From NCBI GenBank assembly GCA_963662315.1, contig OY759353.1, positions 672,001 through 736,000 of the forward strand: 64,000 nt of DNA. The letters are read 5' to 3'. This stretch comes from Geopsychrobacteraceae bacterium. GTDB taxonomy: Bacteria; Desulfobacterota; Desulfuromonadia; Desulfuromonadales; Geopsychrobacteraceae. The position numbers and the translations under genes were made by a program. Below, piece after piece: positions 46,849 to 59,100 of this stretch (positions within the stretch are counted from its first letter, which is position 1; the number at the start of each line of letters is the position of its first letter). The notes under the pieces were generated by a model, which ran no database searches, was not told the origin of the DNA, and was given only the letters and a program-made list of their open reading frames with translations.

Positions 46849-47577
46849 ATGATTATTCAGGATCTTACCATGACCGAATTCAGTGCCGGGTTAGCAGAAA
46901 CCCGCACTGTGATTGTGCCTTTCGGTTCTACTGAGGAACATGGCCTGCATCTGCCTCTGGATACGGATACGCTTCAGGCCGTTCGTGTAGCGTGGCAATT
47001 GGCCAGGCTTCGGCGCATTTTTGTCGCGCCCGCCATCCATTATGGCGTTTGCCGTTCAACCCATAACCATCCGGGAACATTGAGTATTTCTACCGCGACA
47101 CTGAAAGCGTTGACGGTTGATATTGTCAGTGCTCTTTACCGCCAGGGGCTGAGAAACTTTATCCTGCTAAGTGGGCATGCCGACGGCACTCATATGGCAA
47201 CCTTGACCGATGCCGGGGAAGATCTGCTGCAAAAATATGCTGATGTTAATATCGCAGTCGTGACTGAATACATGCTGGCGAACGAAGCGGGACGTCATCT
47301 GATTGAAACGGCTGGAGATGCCCACGCCGGGGAGATTGAAACCTCACGTCTGCTTTATTCTCATCCTGACCTTGTCAAAGGAATGTCTCCGGCCGAACGT
47401 CCCAACTTTCCTAAAGGTCTTTTGGTCAGGGACAAACAACGCTTCTGGCCAGGCGGAGTATGGGGCGATCCGGGAAAGGCAACGCCAGAGAAGGGGAGGC
47501 TCATTGAAGAACTGGTTGTCAGCAAGCTCGCTGAGCTTGCCGATCAGTTGGAAAAATGGGCAGAACAGGGCTTATAG
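46849..47577 (+). CDS. Creatininase/ArfB-like amidohydrolase
   Basis: PFGSTEEHGLHLPLDTD, PGT, DAHAGEIETS, GVWGDP..AT.EKG. Confidence 0.9.
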   Translation: MIIQDLTMTEFSAGLAETRTVIVPFGSTEEHGLHLPLDTDTLQAVRVAWQLARLRRIFVAPAIHYGVCRSTHNHPGTLSISTATLKALTVDIVSALYRQGLRNFILLSGHADGTHMATLTDAGEDLLQKYADVNIAVVTEYMLANEAGRHLIETAGDAHAGEIETSRLLYSHPDLVKGMSPAERPNFPKGLLVRDKQRFWPGGVWGDPGKATPEKGRLIEELVVSKLAELADQLEKWAEQGL

Positions 47578-48060
47578 GAAGCCAAATTTCTCAAGCAGTT
47601 TTACGCGGACCAGTGGGGGGACAAATTTGCTGATGTCGCCATTGAGGCGCCCGACCTCTTTAACGATTGACGAGCTAAGATAGGCACATTCCGGTGACGT
47701 CATCATGAACAGGGTTTCAACTTTTTCACAAACGTTATGGTTCATCTGGGCCATCTGGAACTCAAATTCAAAGTCACTGACGGCGCGCAGCCCTCTTAAG
47801 ATGACCCTTGCTTCTTTGGCAACGGCATAATCAACGAGCAGCCCTTCAAAGGTTTCAACTTCAAGTCGGGGATTATCGGCGATCAGCGCATTTATCATAT
47901 CTTTCCGTTCGGCAATGCTGAACAAACTGTTTTTTTCCGAGTTACGTGCGACCGCAATGATAATTTTGTCAAAAATTTCCAGACCGCGATTGACTATATC
48001 CAGATGCCCATTGGTAAAGGGGTCGAAGGATCCGGGGTAAATGGCAATATGTTGGTTCAT
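47572..48060 (-). CDS. coaD: Phosphopantetheine adenylyltransferase
   Basis: YPGSFDPFTNGH, RGLRAVSDFEFE, SSSIVKE. Confidence 0.96.
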   Translation of the reverse strand: MNQHIAIYPGSFDPFTNGHLDIVNRGLEIFDKIIIAVARNSEKNSLFSIAERKDMINALIADNPRLEVETFEGLLVDYAVAKEARVILRGLRAVSDFEFEFQMAQMNHNVCEKVETLFMMTSPECAYLSSSIVKEVGRLNGDISKFVPPLVRVKLLEKFGFL

Positions 48061-48626
48061 TAAAAATCTCCGGCTGATTGATACAGGCGAATACGTGTTG
48101 ACCCGTAGTTTCTGTCATCAATGAGTTCAAAAACATCACTTATATCATCAAGTGATTCGCTCTTGTCGGTTTCCACACAAATAAGTCCATCCTTGGCCAA
48201 AATGTCATATTCTGAAATTAAGTCCAGGGTTCTTGGGATGAGATTCTTTTTGTACGGGGGATCTAATAAAATCAGGTCAAAAGGCGCTTTATCGGTAAGT
48301 GCGGGTAACGCTTTGAATACATCCTGATGGATAAAGTGAGTCTGGTCTTCAAAGTGGCAGCGGCGAATATTGTCCTGAACAAGACGCGCCGAAGTGTTGC
48401 CTGAATCGATTAATATGGCCTGTTTTGCTCCGCGACTGATGGCTTCCAGGGCCTGTGCGCCACTTCCGGCAAAGAGTTCAAGAATTTTAAGATCTGAAAA
48501 ACCATTCAGTCTGCTCACCAGGATACTGAATAGTGCTTCGCGCACGCGATCGGGAGTCGGCCGGATTTCCATCCCGGAAAATTCTGCCAACCGGCGTCCC
48601 CTGGCTTTTCCGCTGATTATTCTCAT
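48060..48626 (-). CDS. rsmD: 16S rRNA m2G966 methyltransferase
   Basis: MRIISGKARG, RPTPDRVREALF, LFAGSG, DPPY. Confidence 0.94.
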   Translation of the reverse strand: MRIISGKARGRRLAEFSGMEIRPTPDRVREALFSILVSRLNGFSDLKILELFAGSGAQALEAISRGAKQAILIDSGNTSARLVQDNIRRCHFEDQTHFIHQDVFKALPALTDKAPFDLILLDPPYKKNLIPRTLDLISEYDILAKDGLICVETDKSESLDDISDVFELIDDRNYGSTRIRLYQSAGDF

Positions 48627-48892
48627 TGTGTAATCTCAATGTCTTAAGTCTAAAGGACAAAAGATTTATCAGGTGTCTTTTGTCGGAGCAAGTTTTTTCT
48701 AGTAATTATTCGAACTTTTAAAGGAAATCTCAATTAATATTGAAGTGTGACATACTATGGCACCGAACACATATATAAATTATTTAAGCGTTTATCAGAA
48801 TTTGCCTGAGTGGAATACCTTGGCCTGTCCTGAAGGGCTACGAGAACAAAGCGTTTAAACAGAGATCGTGCAGGACTATAAGGAGGCTAATA

Positions 48893-50026
48893 ATGTGTGA
48901 ACAATATCTTGCGTCTTATGCTGCTAAAAGCAGTGAAAGTAGGGGCCGTCAGCATGTCGAACCTCATAAGGATGATCGACTTGTTTTTGAACGTGACCGT
49001 GATCGCATCATTCATTGTGCGGCGTTTCGCCGCATGGAATATAAAACCCAGGTTTTTGTTAATCATGAAGGGGATTATTATCGGACCCGTCTGACGCACT
49101 CTCTTGAAGTGGCCCAGATTTCGCGAGGGATTGCCCGAAAGATGAAATTAAATGAGGATCTGTCCGAAGCGCTGGCGCTGGCTCATGATCTTGGGCACAC
49201 GCCGTTTGGCCATACAGGAGAGGATGTCCTGGACCGTTTGATGAAAGATCATGGCGGTTTTGAACATAATCTTCAGTCTTTACGTATTGTTGAATTGCTT
49301 GAAAACAGGTACCCGACCTTCGATGGCTTGAATCTGAGCTGGGAGGTCCGGGAAGGGATCATTAAACATTCATCTGATTATGATAAAGCGCCAGTTTCTG
49401 CTTATGGAAACTATGCGCCGGAGCTGAAACCAACACTCGAAGCCCAGTTGATCGATCTGACCGATGAAATTGCCTATAATAATCACGATATTGACGATGG
49501 TCTAAAAGCCGGTTATATCCAGTTGGGTGAACTGGCAGGCGTTGAATTGTGGCAACGCACTTTTGAACGGGTGGGTAACATATATCCTGGTCTTGATGAA
49601 AAACGCCATGTACTGCAAACGGTGAGTTACCTGATTGGCGAGTTGATTCAGGACCTTGTTGCCACAACAACAGAGAACCTGCATAAAAACCAGATTGAAA
49701 CCGTTGCTGATGTGCGACATTTCCGGACCAACCTCGTTTCATTCAGTGATGAAATGAAGATCTTGAATAAAGAACTGAAAAGGTTCCTCTATAAGCGTCT
49801 TTATCGACACCCCAAGGTTGAACGGATGCGGGTGAAAGCAGAGCGGTTTTTATCGTTATTGTTTGAAAATTATATGACTCATCCCACCCTGCTGCCGGGA
49901 AAATACCAGGAACGCTTTCCTGTGCATGGAACAGAGCGGGTTGTCTGCGACTATATCGCCAGCATGACGGATCGTTATGCTCAGGATGAATACAAGCGCT
50001 TATATGAACCTTTTGAGCGCGCCTGA
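48893..50026 (+). CDS. dgt: Deoxyguanosinetriphosphate triphosphohydrolase-like protein
   Basis: RDRDRIIH, KTQVF, RTRLTHSLEV, HDLGHTPFGH, DYIASMTD. Confidence 0.94.
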   Translation: MCEQYLASYAAKSSESRGRQHVEPHKDDRLVFERDRDRIIHCAAFRRMEYKTQVFVNHEGDYYRTRLTHSLEVAQISRGIARKMKLNEDLSEALALAHDLGHTPFGHTGEDVLDRLMKDHGGFEHNLQSLRIVELLENRYPTFDGLNLSWEVREGIIKHSSDYDKAPVSAYGNYAPELKPTLEAQLIDLTDEIAYNNHDIDDGLKAGYIQLGELAGVELWQRTFERVGNIYPGLDEKRHVLQTVSYLIGELIQDLVATTTENLHKNQIETVADVRHFRTNLVSFSDEMKILNKELKRFLYKRLYRHPKVERMRVKAERFLSLLFENYMTHPTLLPGKYQERFPVHGTERVVCDYIASMTDRYAQDEYKRLYEPFERA

Positions 50027-50030
50027 GCGG

Positions 50031-50675
50031 CTAGTCCAGCTTCATGAGCTGTGGTAATTGAGACATGTGTGTGAAGCGGGTTATGCGGTTGTCGGTACTG
50101 GCCTGAACCGGATTTTCCGGTTGATAATGAAAAACATGCATGCCAGCCGCTAATCCAGCTTTTACCCCGACCAGGCTGTCTTCGACCACGGCACATTGCT
50201 CTGGCGGTGTATTAAACGCCTTGGCGGCGTGTAGAAAAAGACCGGGATCGGGTTTCCAGCATTGTAATTCATAGCCACTGAATATCTTGCCGGCAAAGTA
50301 CGGCATCATTTGTGTCGTGGTCAGGGTGACATTGATTTTTTCCAGTGGTCCGCTGGAGCCCATGCAAAAGGGGATTGATAGTTGGTCCAGAAAATCTCTG
50401 ATTCCCGGTACCGGTACGAGGTCCTGCTTGAAGCGATATTCGCAGCGTTTCCTGAATTCAGGAATAAACGAATCAGCAAGGGGTTTTTTAATCTCCTCTT
50501 CAAGCTCGACAATCCATTCTGCTATCTTGCGTCCGTTGAAACGTTCCTGAGCTTGCCGGGGCGAGATGTTCATCCCTAATTCGTTTGCCATAGCGCTGAT
50601 AACTTCAGCAGCGAGCGGTTCGCTGTCCACAATGACGCCGTCACAATCGAAAATAACTAGTTTGATAGGTTGCAT
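50031..50675 (-). CDS. HAD-family phosphatase (YieH-like)
   Basis: IFDCDGVIVDSE, WKPDP, VEDS..G. Confidence 0.9.
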   Translation of the reverse strand: MQPIKLVIFDCDGVIVDSEPLAAEVISAMANELGMNISPRQAQERFNGRKIAEWIVELEEEIKKPLADSFIPEFRKRCEYRFKQDLVPVPGIRDFLDQLSIPFCMGSSGPLEKINVTLTTTQMMPYFAGKIFSGYELQCWKPDPGLFLHAAKAFNTPPEQCAVVEDSLVGVKAGLAAGMHVFHYQPENPVQASTDNRITRFTHMSQLPQLMKLD

Positions 50676-50899
50676 GGCACTTCCAAAAGGTGAAATTGTT
50701 TTTTGTTCCTGATGAGGATGGCGAAATATGTTATAGCAGTATGTGTTTCATTGATAGCTGGATAATTGTTCAAAGCCATTGTTTCGGGAGCTGGCAGGCA
50801 TGAAGTTGTGATTGCGCTGATAAATCCCTTGAGAGTAAGAGTTGCTGTGGCTATATTGGCATCTTTTTAAAGAAACAGCAAATGAAGTAGAGAATCTAT

Positions 50900-51394
50900 A
50901 TGAATGACCAGAAAATTTATATGACACCGTCATGTGCTGAACGCTTCCGACAGGAGCTGAAGGATCTTCTTTATAAAGAACGTCCGCACATGGTCGAGAC
51001 CGTGGCCTGGGCTGCGTCAAATGGTGATCGCTCGGAAAATGCTGATTACCACTATGGTAAAAAACGTCTGCGTCAGATTGACGGACGTATTCGTTTTATT
51101 CAAAAACGCCTTGAGCTGGCGGATATTATCGATCCTGTGGAGCAAGGACGCAGGGCGGGTGATCGCGTTCTGTTTGGCTGTACCGTTACGGTAGAAAATG
51201 AAGACGGGGAGGAGAGAGTCTATTCAATCGTAGGGGTTGATGAAATCAATACGGAACAAGGTCTTATCAGCTGGATTTCTCCGGTGGGCAGGGCTTTACT
51301 TGGTCATCGTCTGGGCGATGTAGTGAGTATCAAGGTCCCGCAGGGAGATATTGAATTGGAAATTGTTAACGTTGAGTATTGTGCTATTAATTGA
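50900..51394 (+). CDS. greB: Transcription elongation factor GreB
   Basis: WAASNGDRSENADY.YGKKRLRQID.RIRF, ISWISP. Confidence 0.94.
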   Translation: MNDQKIYMTPSCAERFRQELKDLLYKERPHMVETVAWAASNGDRSENADYHYGKKRLRQIDGRIRFIQKRLELADIIDPVEQGRRAGDRVLFGCTVTVENEDGEERVYSIVGVDEINTEQGLISWISPVGRALLGHRLGDVVSIKVPQGDIELEIVNVEYCAIN

Positions 51395-51579
51395 TCCCTT
51401 TTTTCTTAAGGAGCTAAAAAATATAACAATGTTCAATAAAAAATTGGATTATGTGTTGCTCTTTAATTGAAAATATGATTAAAAGTCACAACCTCACGTT
51501 TTGTCGTTTTCAAGAGTGTCTAAAAGTATTTCTTTAACTTTTAAAAAAAATGTAAAGCCTAATCCTCGGGGGGGGACAA

Positions 51580-53046
51580 ATGAAAAGAACACTATATCCT
51601 CTGTTTGTTTTGGTTGCTTTTGTTGCTGTTTTAGCTGGTTGTCAGCAGTTCAGTAGCTCTGGGTCGTCAGGTAATGGCAATGTCTCCGACGCTGTTGCTA
51701 CTGTAGCTGACGGTGAAGTCAATCAAATCATGTCCTATCCTTTTCCCGATTCCTTTGACCTTGATCAAGCCAGTTTAAGTGGAAACCTGTTTTATGTTGA
51801 TCCTGTAAACGGCAGCATGGAGGGCGATGGTAGCGAGTCTTCTCCCTGGTCTTCTTTGCAGGCAGTTATTGAAGCCGGTTATGTATATGGTACTGATTCG
51901 GATGCCCGCATCTTTAATGCTTCAGCTCCGGTTCGTCCAGGAGACACTCTGGTTTTACTGTCCGGTTACCATGGTAGTGTTGAACTCAATGCTTACTGTA
52001 ATCAGGATTTTATTAATGTCATTGTTCCCGAAGGTGAAGAGGCTGTTGTCGGGCGCCTTAAGGTTAGAGCCTCTTCTTATTGGCGGTTTAAGGGGCTAAC
52101 CATCATCGCCGATCAGGATGCCGAGTATCCTGCTTCTTTTCATATGCTTAGAATCGAAGACGAATCTCGTTACATTACCATCGATAACTTCTCCATTATG
52201 ACAAGCGAAAATGTCTCTGGGTGGGAAGCCGAGGATTGGCTCACTTCTGCCTCTCTTGGTGTCAAAATAATTAAATCCAGTCATGTTGTTATCAGGAATA
52301 GCGATATATCCAATGCCAGTGGCGGGATTTATGTTGATGCTGACTGGGTCATTGTTCAAGGTAATTCGATGACAAATATTTCCGGGGACGGAATGCATGG
52401 TCATGGTGACGACCTTTATTTTGTCAATAATCTATTGCGTAATCGTTATGATGTTGATGGACGTTCCGCAGATGGATTTCAGTCCTGGGCCAGCGGGACC
52501 AGCGGTACGGCACGGCAGCGTGTCCATCTTAGCGGCAATGTGATCATCAGTAATGCCGACAGCACCAATCCTTTTCCAGGGCAGTTCACCGGAATTAACT
52601 GTAATGATGGCCCCTATGCGGAATGGGTGATAGAGAATAATGTGATCATCAGTGACGATACTGAAGGTATTATTCTTTATGGTGCTTCAGACACCAGAGT
52701 TGTTAACAATACCGTCCTCAGCACGAGCGATAGCGTACCCGCTACAATTGCCATCTTTCTTGGAAAAGATGAAAGTGCCATCAGCAATAGTTTTATCTGT
52801 AATAACATTACCAATAGTGTGCTTTCAGATGATGGCGTTAGCGTAGATCATAACCTTTTATTGACGACGACCGATCAGTACAATGCATACTTTGTCAGTT
52901 TTGATGATTTTGATCTGTCGTTATTACCCGAGTCCTCTGCTGTTGATAATGGGTCTGAGCAGCCTTTTACTGACTATGATATTACTGGAACTGTCCGTCC
53001 CCAAGGCAATGGCTTCGATCTTGGAGCATATGAATTAGTGCAATAG
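51580..53046 (+). CDS. Lipoprotein with a right-handed parallel beta-helix and a C-terminal DLGAYE motif
   Basis: Lipobox LAGC; YVDP..G...GDGS..SPW; repeated I.NN.I rungs; AVD.G...DITG..RPQG...DLGAYE. Confidence 0.8.
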   Translation: MKRTLYPLFVLVAFVAVLAGCQQFSSSGSSGNGNVSDAVATVADGEVNQIMSYPFPDSFDLDQASLSGNLFYVDPVNGSMEGDGSESSPWSSLQAVIEAGYVYGTDSDARIFNASAPVRPGDTLVLLSGYHGSVELNAYCNQDFINVIVPEGEEAVVGRLKVRASSYWRFKGLTIIADQDAEYPASFHMLRIEDESRYITIDNFSIMTSENVSGWEAEDWLTSASLGVKIIKSSHVVIRNSDISNASGGIYVDADWVIVQGNSMTNISGDGMHGHGDDLYFVNNLLRNRYDVDGRSADGFQSWASGTSGTARQRVHLSGNVIISNADSTNPFPGQFTGINCNDGPYAEWVIENNVIISDDTEGIILYGASDTRVVNNTVLSTSDSVPATIAIFLGKDESAISNSFICNNITNSVLSDDGVSVDHNLLLTTTDQYNAYFVSFDDFDLSLLPESSAVDNGSEQPFTDYDITGTVRPQGNGFDLGAYELVQ

Positions 53047-53156
53047 TTTATTAGCGTTTGTCGGTTTATGTTGTGTAGCATGGTCTGCAATAGTTGGGTT
53101 CTCTTGTGATTTCCTTTCTTTAGCTCGGTCTTCGCTTCATTCAATTTTGATCATTA

Positions 53157-56100
53157 ATGTCGCAATCCATTTGGGAGGGGAAGTTGTCTGCATTAAACTG
53201 GTGTGCCTTAACTTCAGGAGTCAATGAAGTAGGGGGTCAGGTTTTTAACGCTGCAAAAAGGACAGTGCTGAGGTTTGGTATCGCTCTGTTTTTTCTGCTA
53301 CTGTCTGCAGGCTTTGCTTTAGCTGGGTCATGTACGTTAAAAAGTTCCTTTTCCTTTGTCAATTTTAACACCTCGTCAGATTATAGTTACTGTGAACTGT
53401 GTGGCTATGGATATGTCACGGTAAATATTCGCAATCCTTATAGTTACTTTATCGATCCCGACCCTGTGGTGGCTCCGGTCCCTGGTGCGACTATGAGTGA
53501 TATGGTTCTGACGATTGACCTTGGTTCCAGCGGTCTTAGTTACACGTCCTTTCCTTCGGATTCCGTTACCTACTCATATAACGGCGGTCTTGAGCAGGCA
53601 GGCTCTGCGCCGGCACTTTCCGGCATTAATAACAATGTCCTGACTTTCACTCAAAGTCAGATCAGTGCTCTCGCTGAACTGACAGCCAGAGAAGATAGTG
53701 CTGCCACAAATCTGCTTACCGTTCGGGTTGCCGTGGCCAGTAATAATGCTTCAAACGCAGAAGCTTTATGGTCCAGCAATAAGGCCATCAATGCCGCTAT
53801 TGCCTTCAGTAATGATTCCGGCTGTAGTAATTCTTCTGCGAGTGCCACTACTCTTGAACTTCCCCTGAAGGAACCCGAATTAAGTGTTATAAAAACCGGT
53901 TGGAACTATGATTCCGGTCAGCGAGAATCGAGGGCAAGTAATCCGGTTTTTGCCACCAATAATGATGATGTGGTGTGGCGTATAGGGATTATCAACAACG
54001 GTACTGCTGACGCCCAGGATGTTCGTATTGACGATTATCTTACCGGCACAAGTATGATTAACAACTACATTTGTGCCACTGCCGCTTCCGCCAACCTGAT
54101 TGCCAACAACGATGGCAGCGTCAGTGGTATTGGTCTACCTGCTGATTGTTACAGTGCCTCAAACACTATCCATGATTTTAACATTACGGCCCCTTTTGGG
54201 GCTTCTCAGCTTACTAATTTTCCGGTTTCGGCAACAGAAATCGATATTCCAGTCGGTGATAGAGCCACTGTCTATGTTGTCGGCAAGGTAAGTAATGGTG
54301 CGGCTTGTAGCGGTTATCAACGTAATACGGTCAATGATGTGCAATGGGGTTGTCAGTCCGATTCGCCTTCCGGGGGGATTTTTTATCCGTCTTACCTCAC
54401 CCCTTCTGCTGAAATTGAAGCAACTGCCGATATTTACACCCGTTATAATGACGGTAATTACGGCGAGCTTGAAATCAGGCGTTATCTGACCGGTGTTAAC
54501 ACCAGTCAACCTGTTGGTGCCCGGGGTACGATGACGATTCAGATTCGGAACTATACTGGCGGCAGTGTCAAGAACATTCATCTCACCGATATTCTGCCTG
54601 CGGAATATGTTGTTGATACGACCTTCGCTCCAACGCTTAGTGTTAGTTCACCTTTTGGCAGCTATCCTGGACGGCTTAGCAGAGTGGTTTGGAATAATCC
54701 CGATTATACCAACCTGTTGTATAATACCGCACCAGATTTTGATTTGACCAGCAATGGTGATCATCATCCCTTATATCCAGATCAGGTTGATATGCTGCGT
54801 CACGGCGATATTGCAACCGTGCGCTTTCGGGTTGTGCTGATCGATTCAGATTATTATGACCGTTCAGCCGATCTTGATGTCAATCCTGAAGAATATGCTG
54901 TGACGGCTACCGATCCAAACCGTATAAACGGTATTGCAACGGTCAGCAACGAGGTCCAGGTTCAATTCGATACTTTTTGTGCTTCCGATTCACGACACAA
55001 TTTTAATCTCACTGGTAATGGTAATGGTAATCCAAACGGATACTCTATTCCTGCTCGACCTGAGGATCTGGATGTTTCCATTGATGGTGCCGTATTTATT
55101 CTTTCCAATGATCCTGCTACCCATGTCAATCTGCCTATTGTGCTTACCAATAATGGTGGGCATGATGCCAGTGACTATCATTTGTATGTCACTTTTGGTC
55201 CAACGATTGAGGTCGTTAATCCCCCCGCCGAATGTTCACATATTGTTTTAAGCGGAACTCCGTTGCAGCCAAATCCACGCAAAGTCTGGATTGATCCCCT
55301 AGAGATTCATGCTACGGCTGTTGTTTACGAATGCTCCTCCAGTAGTGTTATCAGTCCGGGTTCCTCACGCAGCTTTATTTTTGAAACCAGGAAAAGTACC
55401 GATTCTGCCGCCATTGCCTTGGATGATTTGACCCTACGTGCCGATGTTATCGGTGAGGTGACCTTGTATGACGGAACTGCTTTAACTGTCCCGGCTCCTA
55501 TAACCCGCGCCGATGGTGAAACTGACCCGGCTAATAATTATTCTCTGGATGCGACCTGGGCCAGGGTTATGGGGTTCAACCTGATAAAAACTCAGGTTGG
55601 TACCTGTAGTGAAAACAACCCGCCATCTTTTGACAACGATGGTCATGAAGAAGTGCAAATCGGTGAAGAATGTGACTTTAATGTCCTTGGTGGTGGCTGG
55701 TTCGGTTTTGAAACCCCAGGCTTTGAATATATTTCTGTTCAGAATATTAATATCATTGATCGGATTCCCGATGGACAGGCCTACCTGGCAAGTGCGGATC
55801 CCTATGTCGCTTCAACCAGCCTGATTCAAGATGTCGTCCTTGCTCCGGCTGACATAACCGCTCCTGATGAACGTCAGTTTGACTGGACCTTTAATGTTCC
55901 TGACAGTCAAAGGATTGAAGCACCGGATGAGTGGTTTGAAGTCGATGTTAAAACCCGTATTCTAAATAAAACTATCGATTCTCGCAGTGCACCTAATTAT
56001 CATGCCCAGACGAGCGCCAATGTTCTGGATGCAACTTTTGATGCCCGATTCAAAAATGAAAATACCGGGCTGATAGAAGCCTACACCTTAAATTCGAATA

Positions 56101-59100
56101 CCATTGGATTTCCCCATGAGGCAATAAGGCGCGTCGATTTGACCGTGACCGACCCCTATATTACGTTGGTTAAAGAGGTCTGTAATGAATCCTTGTATGG
56201 AACGGGACCTTCTTGCAGCAATTTTACAACGGTGACGGCAGAAGGGGATGCCTACAGTCAGTATATTTACCGTATTACCGTTATTAATGAAGAACAGCGT
56301 AGCGGTGTACAGCGGGCACCTGCCTATGATGTGACCGTCACCGCTGCCCTTGATGCCAGCGATTATGCCTACGTTATCCCTTTTACAGCTGATGGCCTTG
56401 ATAATGATGGTGATAGCTCAGTTGATAGTGCGGATAGTAATGGTGAAGGTGTCATCACGAATAATATTGCGGACGATGGGACTCCTGCAGTTCTTACTTT
56501 TTCCTATCAGAACAGCCCTGCTCTTGAAAAAATAGAACCAGGAGCGGCAGTAGAGCTCTATTATCGTGTCGACTTCGATGATGATGCGGCCCCGTTACAA
56601 ACTTTTATCAACGAGGTCTCCGCCAGCTACGATTCTCTGGCTGGAACTTCTGGTGCACAAACTTCTCCTGAAGGAGGCAACAGCGAGCTTACCGGTGCTC
56701 GGGTTTATACTGCCGCTACTACGGCTGCCCGTGTACAGATGATTTCAGCCGCTACGCAGCCGAAAGAGGTTACGGCTGCGGCCAGCACCCCTCTGGTCAG
56801 TACTGGCAGTGTTCAGCATATAAAAATCGGTGAAGAAGTTAATTATCAACTTACCACCCTGCTGCCTGTTGCCTTATTTCGCAGCCTGACCATTGTTGAT
56901 CAATTACCGTCCGGTATGCGTTGCTCTGAAGCCCCTGCGATCAATCTTGATGCACCTCCTTATGCAAGTGCCGGTTTTCAACCCGGCGGGACGATTACCC
57001 CTTCTTGTCTGGCTGGAGAAGTGCGGTGGGAGTTTGGGGACCAGCGAATTACCAACAGGAGTTCCGATCGCTTTGAGTTTCAGGTCTCTTTTATTGCCCA
57101 GGTCTTAAATGCTGATGTCAATAATGACGGCAATATTTTATCTAATGGAAATCCTTCGACTATTACTACGGTGAGTTATGTTGACGAAACAGGCGCCGCT
57201 GTCAGTTTTGATGTTGCCCACGCCGATATAACAGCGACGGAACCGCTCATTGAACTGTCAGCATCATTTGACAGTGTTGATCACGATGCCGCAGATGTTG
57301 TAAGGGTGACTGTGACGGCAACTAATGTTGGCAGTGCTCCTGCTTATAACCTGCGGATTCTTGACAACCTTGATGCAACCAGATTCACCTACGCTGGAAA
57401 TATTGCCGGAACCGACACACCGACCCATATCGATTTGGTGAGCTTTGGGGCCAATCAGCCGGTTTTTGAATTTTCAGCTCCTGGTGGCCTAGCCGTCGGT
57501 GACAGTTATTCTTTTACCTATGCTGTTGCAATTAACACAGATGTTGAACCGGACGATTCTCTGAGTAATACTTTGCAGGCGGTTTGGACGTCACTGCCCG
57601 ATACGAGTTCGGCATTAAATAGTCTTGGACAGATTGGTAGCGCGGGGTCTCTTTCCGGTATGAGAATCGGAAATCTGCCTCATGTCGGCGACAGCATCAA
57701 TGATTACGAAAGTTCTTGCACGTTTGCTTTAAAGGTATCTCATCCGACTGTACTCAAAGTTGATTTATCCCCGTCCATCAACCCAACCATAGGGGTGCAT
57801 AAGCAGTTTTCTTTACAGATTACCTTGCCAGAAGGAGTCATTAAGGATCTGCGCATTGCCGACATATTAAATTCTGCTGGACTATCCTATATCTATGAGA
57901 ATAACAACAGTTTTGTTACTGGGTATGCTTTTCAGGATATTCAGACTGTTAATGGACAAGCCCCTGACAGCTCCAACTTTCACAGTGTTCCAGCTGACGA
58001 AACCAGCGATACGGCACTATGGAACATTGGGGAGATTGTTACTTACAGTGAGGACGACAGCAGTGCCAATGCTGTCAACCCACGGATCGAAATCACCCTC
58101 TACGCAAGAATCAATAATGATTTAGTGACTGATGCCGGCGATTTGTTGCGCAATGGTATAACTGTTACCTATTTGAATGGAGAAACTGATACCGACACCA
58201 GTCTGAGTTTTGAAACCGGCTCTATCGGGGTTACCGAACCACGTATCCATTTGACTAAGACAGTTATCAATGTAACGTCGGGGAAAGCAGCAGATGCTAC
58301 TGCTGAAGCTGGCGATACTCTTGAATATAGTTTGACCATCGTCAACGTTGGCAGCAGTGGAGCTACAGCCTATGATATAAATATTGTCGATACGCTTCCA
58401 GCAGGATTGTTTCTGTCCCCGACCTTTAGTCCTTCAGCAGTTATTGACGGTGTGGCTGTCAGTGGATTTGTCAGTGTTCCTGCTGGAGCCCCCGTTGGTC
58501 CTTTATTCTGGGGCCGCGACAATGGTGATTCCTCTTTGGATCTGCCTAGTGGAAGTACCCTGGTCCTTACCTATCAGACCCAGGTCCAATGGATATCAGA
58601 TCCGAGCGGAACAATCAAAAATGCCGTAACGACTGATTGGACTTCTCTTGAAGGGAGTGATCCTTTTGAGCGCACTGGCGCTGGCTGCCCCTCCACAACC
58701 GCCCCTGACGATTATTGTGCTGGTCCAGTTACTGCTTCTAAAGTAGGGCTGGTTCCTGACGTTTTATTTCAAATGTCAGTGGCTAATGAAACCACTGGTG
58801 CGTCTCCGGCTATAGAAGCTTCTCCTGGTGACGTATTACGTTACACAATGACAATCAACAATATCAGTGCGACGGTTGCAGATTTCTATCTGCAGAATGT
58901 TATCGATGAACTGAATGCAGATCCGAGGTTTCTTCGTAATTCATTGGTGGTTAATCTTCCTTCCGGATCTGGTGTTGATTACAGTGATCCTGAGGGGGGA
59001 CCGAATGAGACCGGTATCGTCTATATCGATGAAATATCTCTTTTGCCGGGTGATACCCTGACGATCACTTTTACCGCACGTTTGGCGTCAGTCATTGCTG

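Noticed and set aside
48893..50026. dGTPase as an anti-phage defence gene
   Set aside because: Short housekeeping-type dgt among core genes (coaD, rsmD, greB).
51395..51579. c-di-GMP riboswitch ahead of the surface-protein locus
   Set aside because: AT-rich, with no GGCAAA.../GACGCAAA core found here or at 53047-53156.
53215..53232. SD followed by ATG-AAG-TAG mini-ORF near the giant gene start (frameshift or regulation)
   Set aside because: The main frame is open through it and has plausible starts at 53157 and 53184; no further support.
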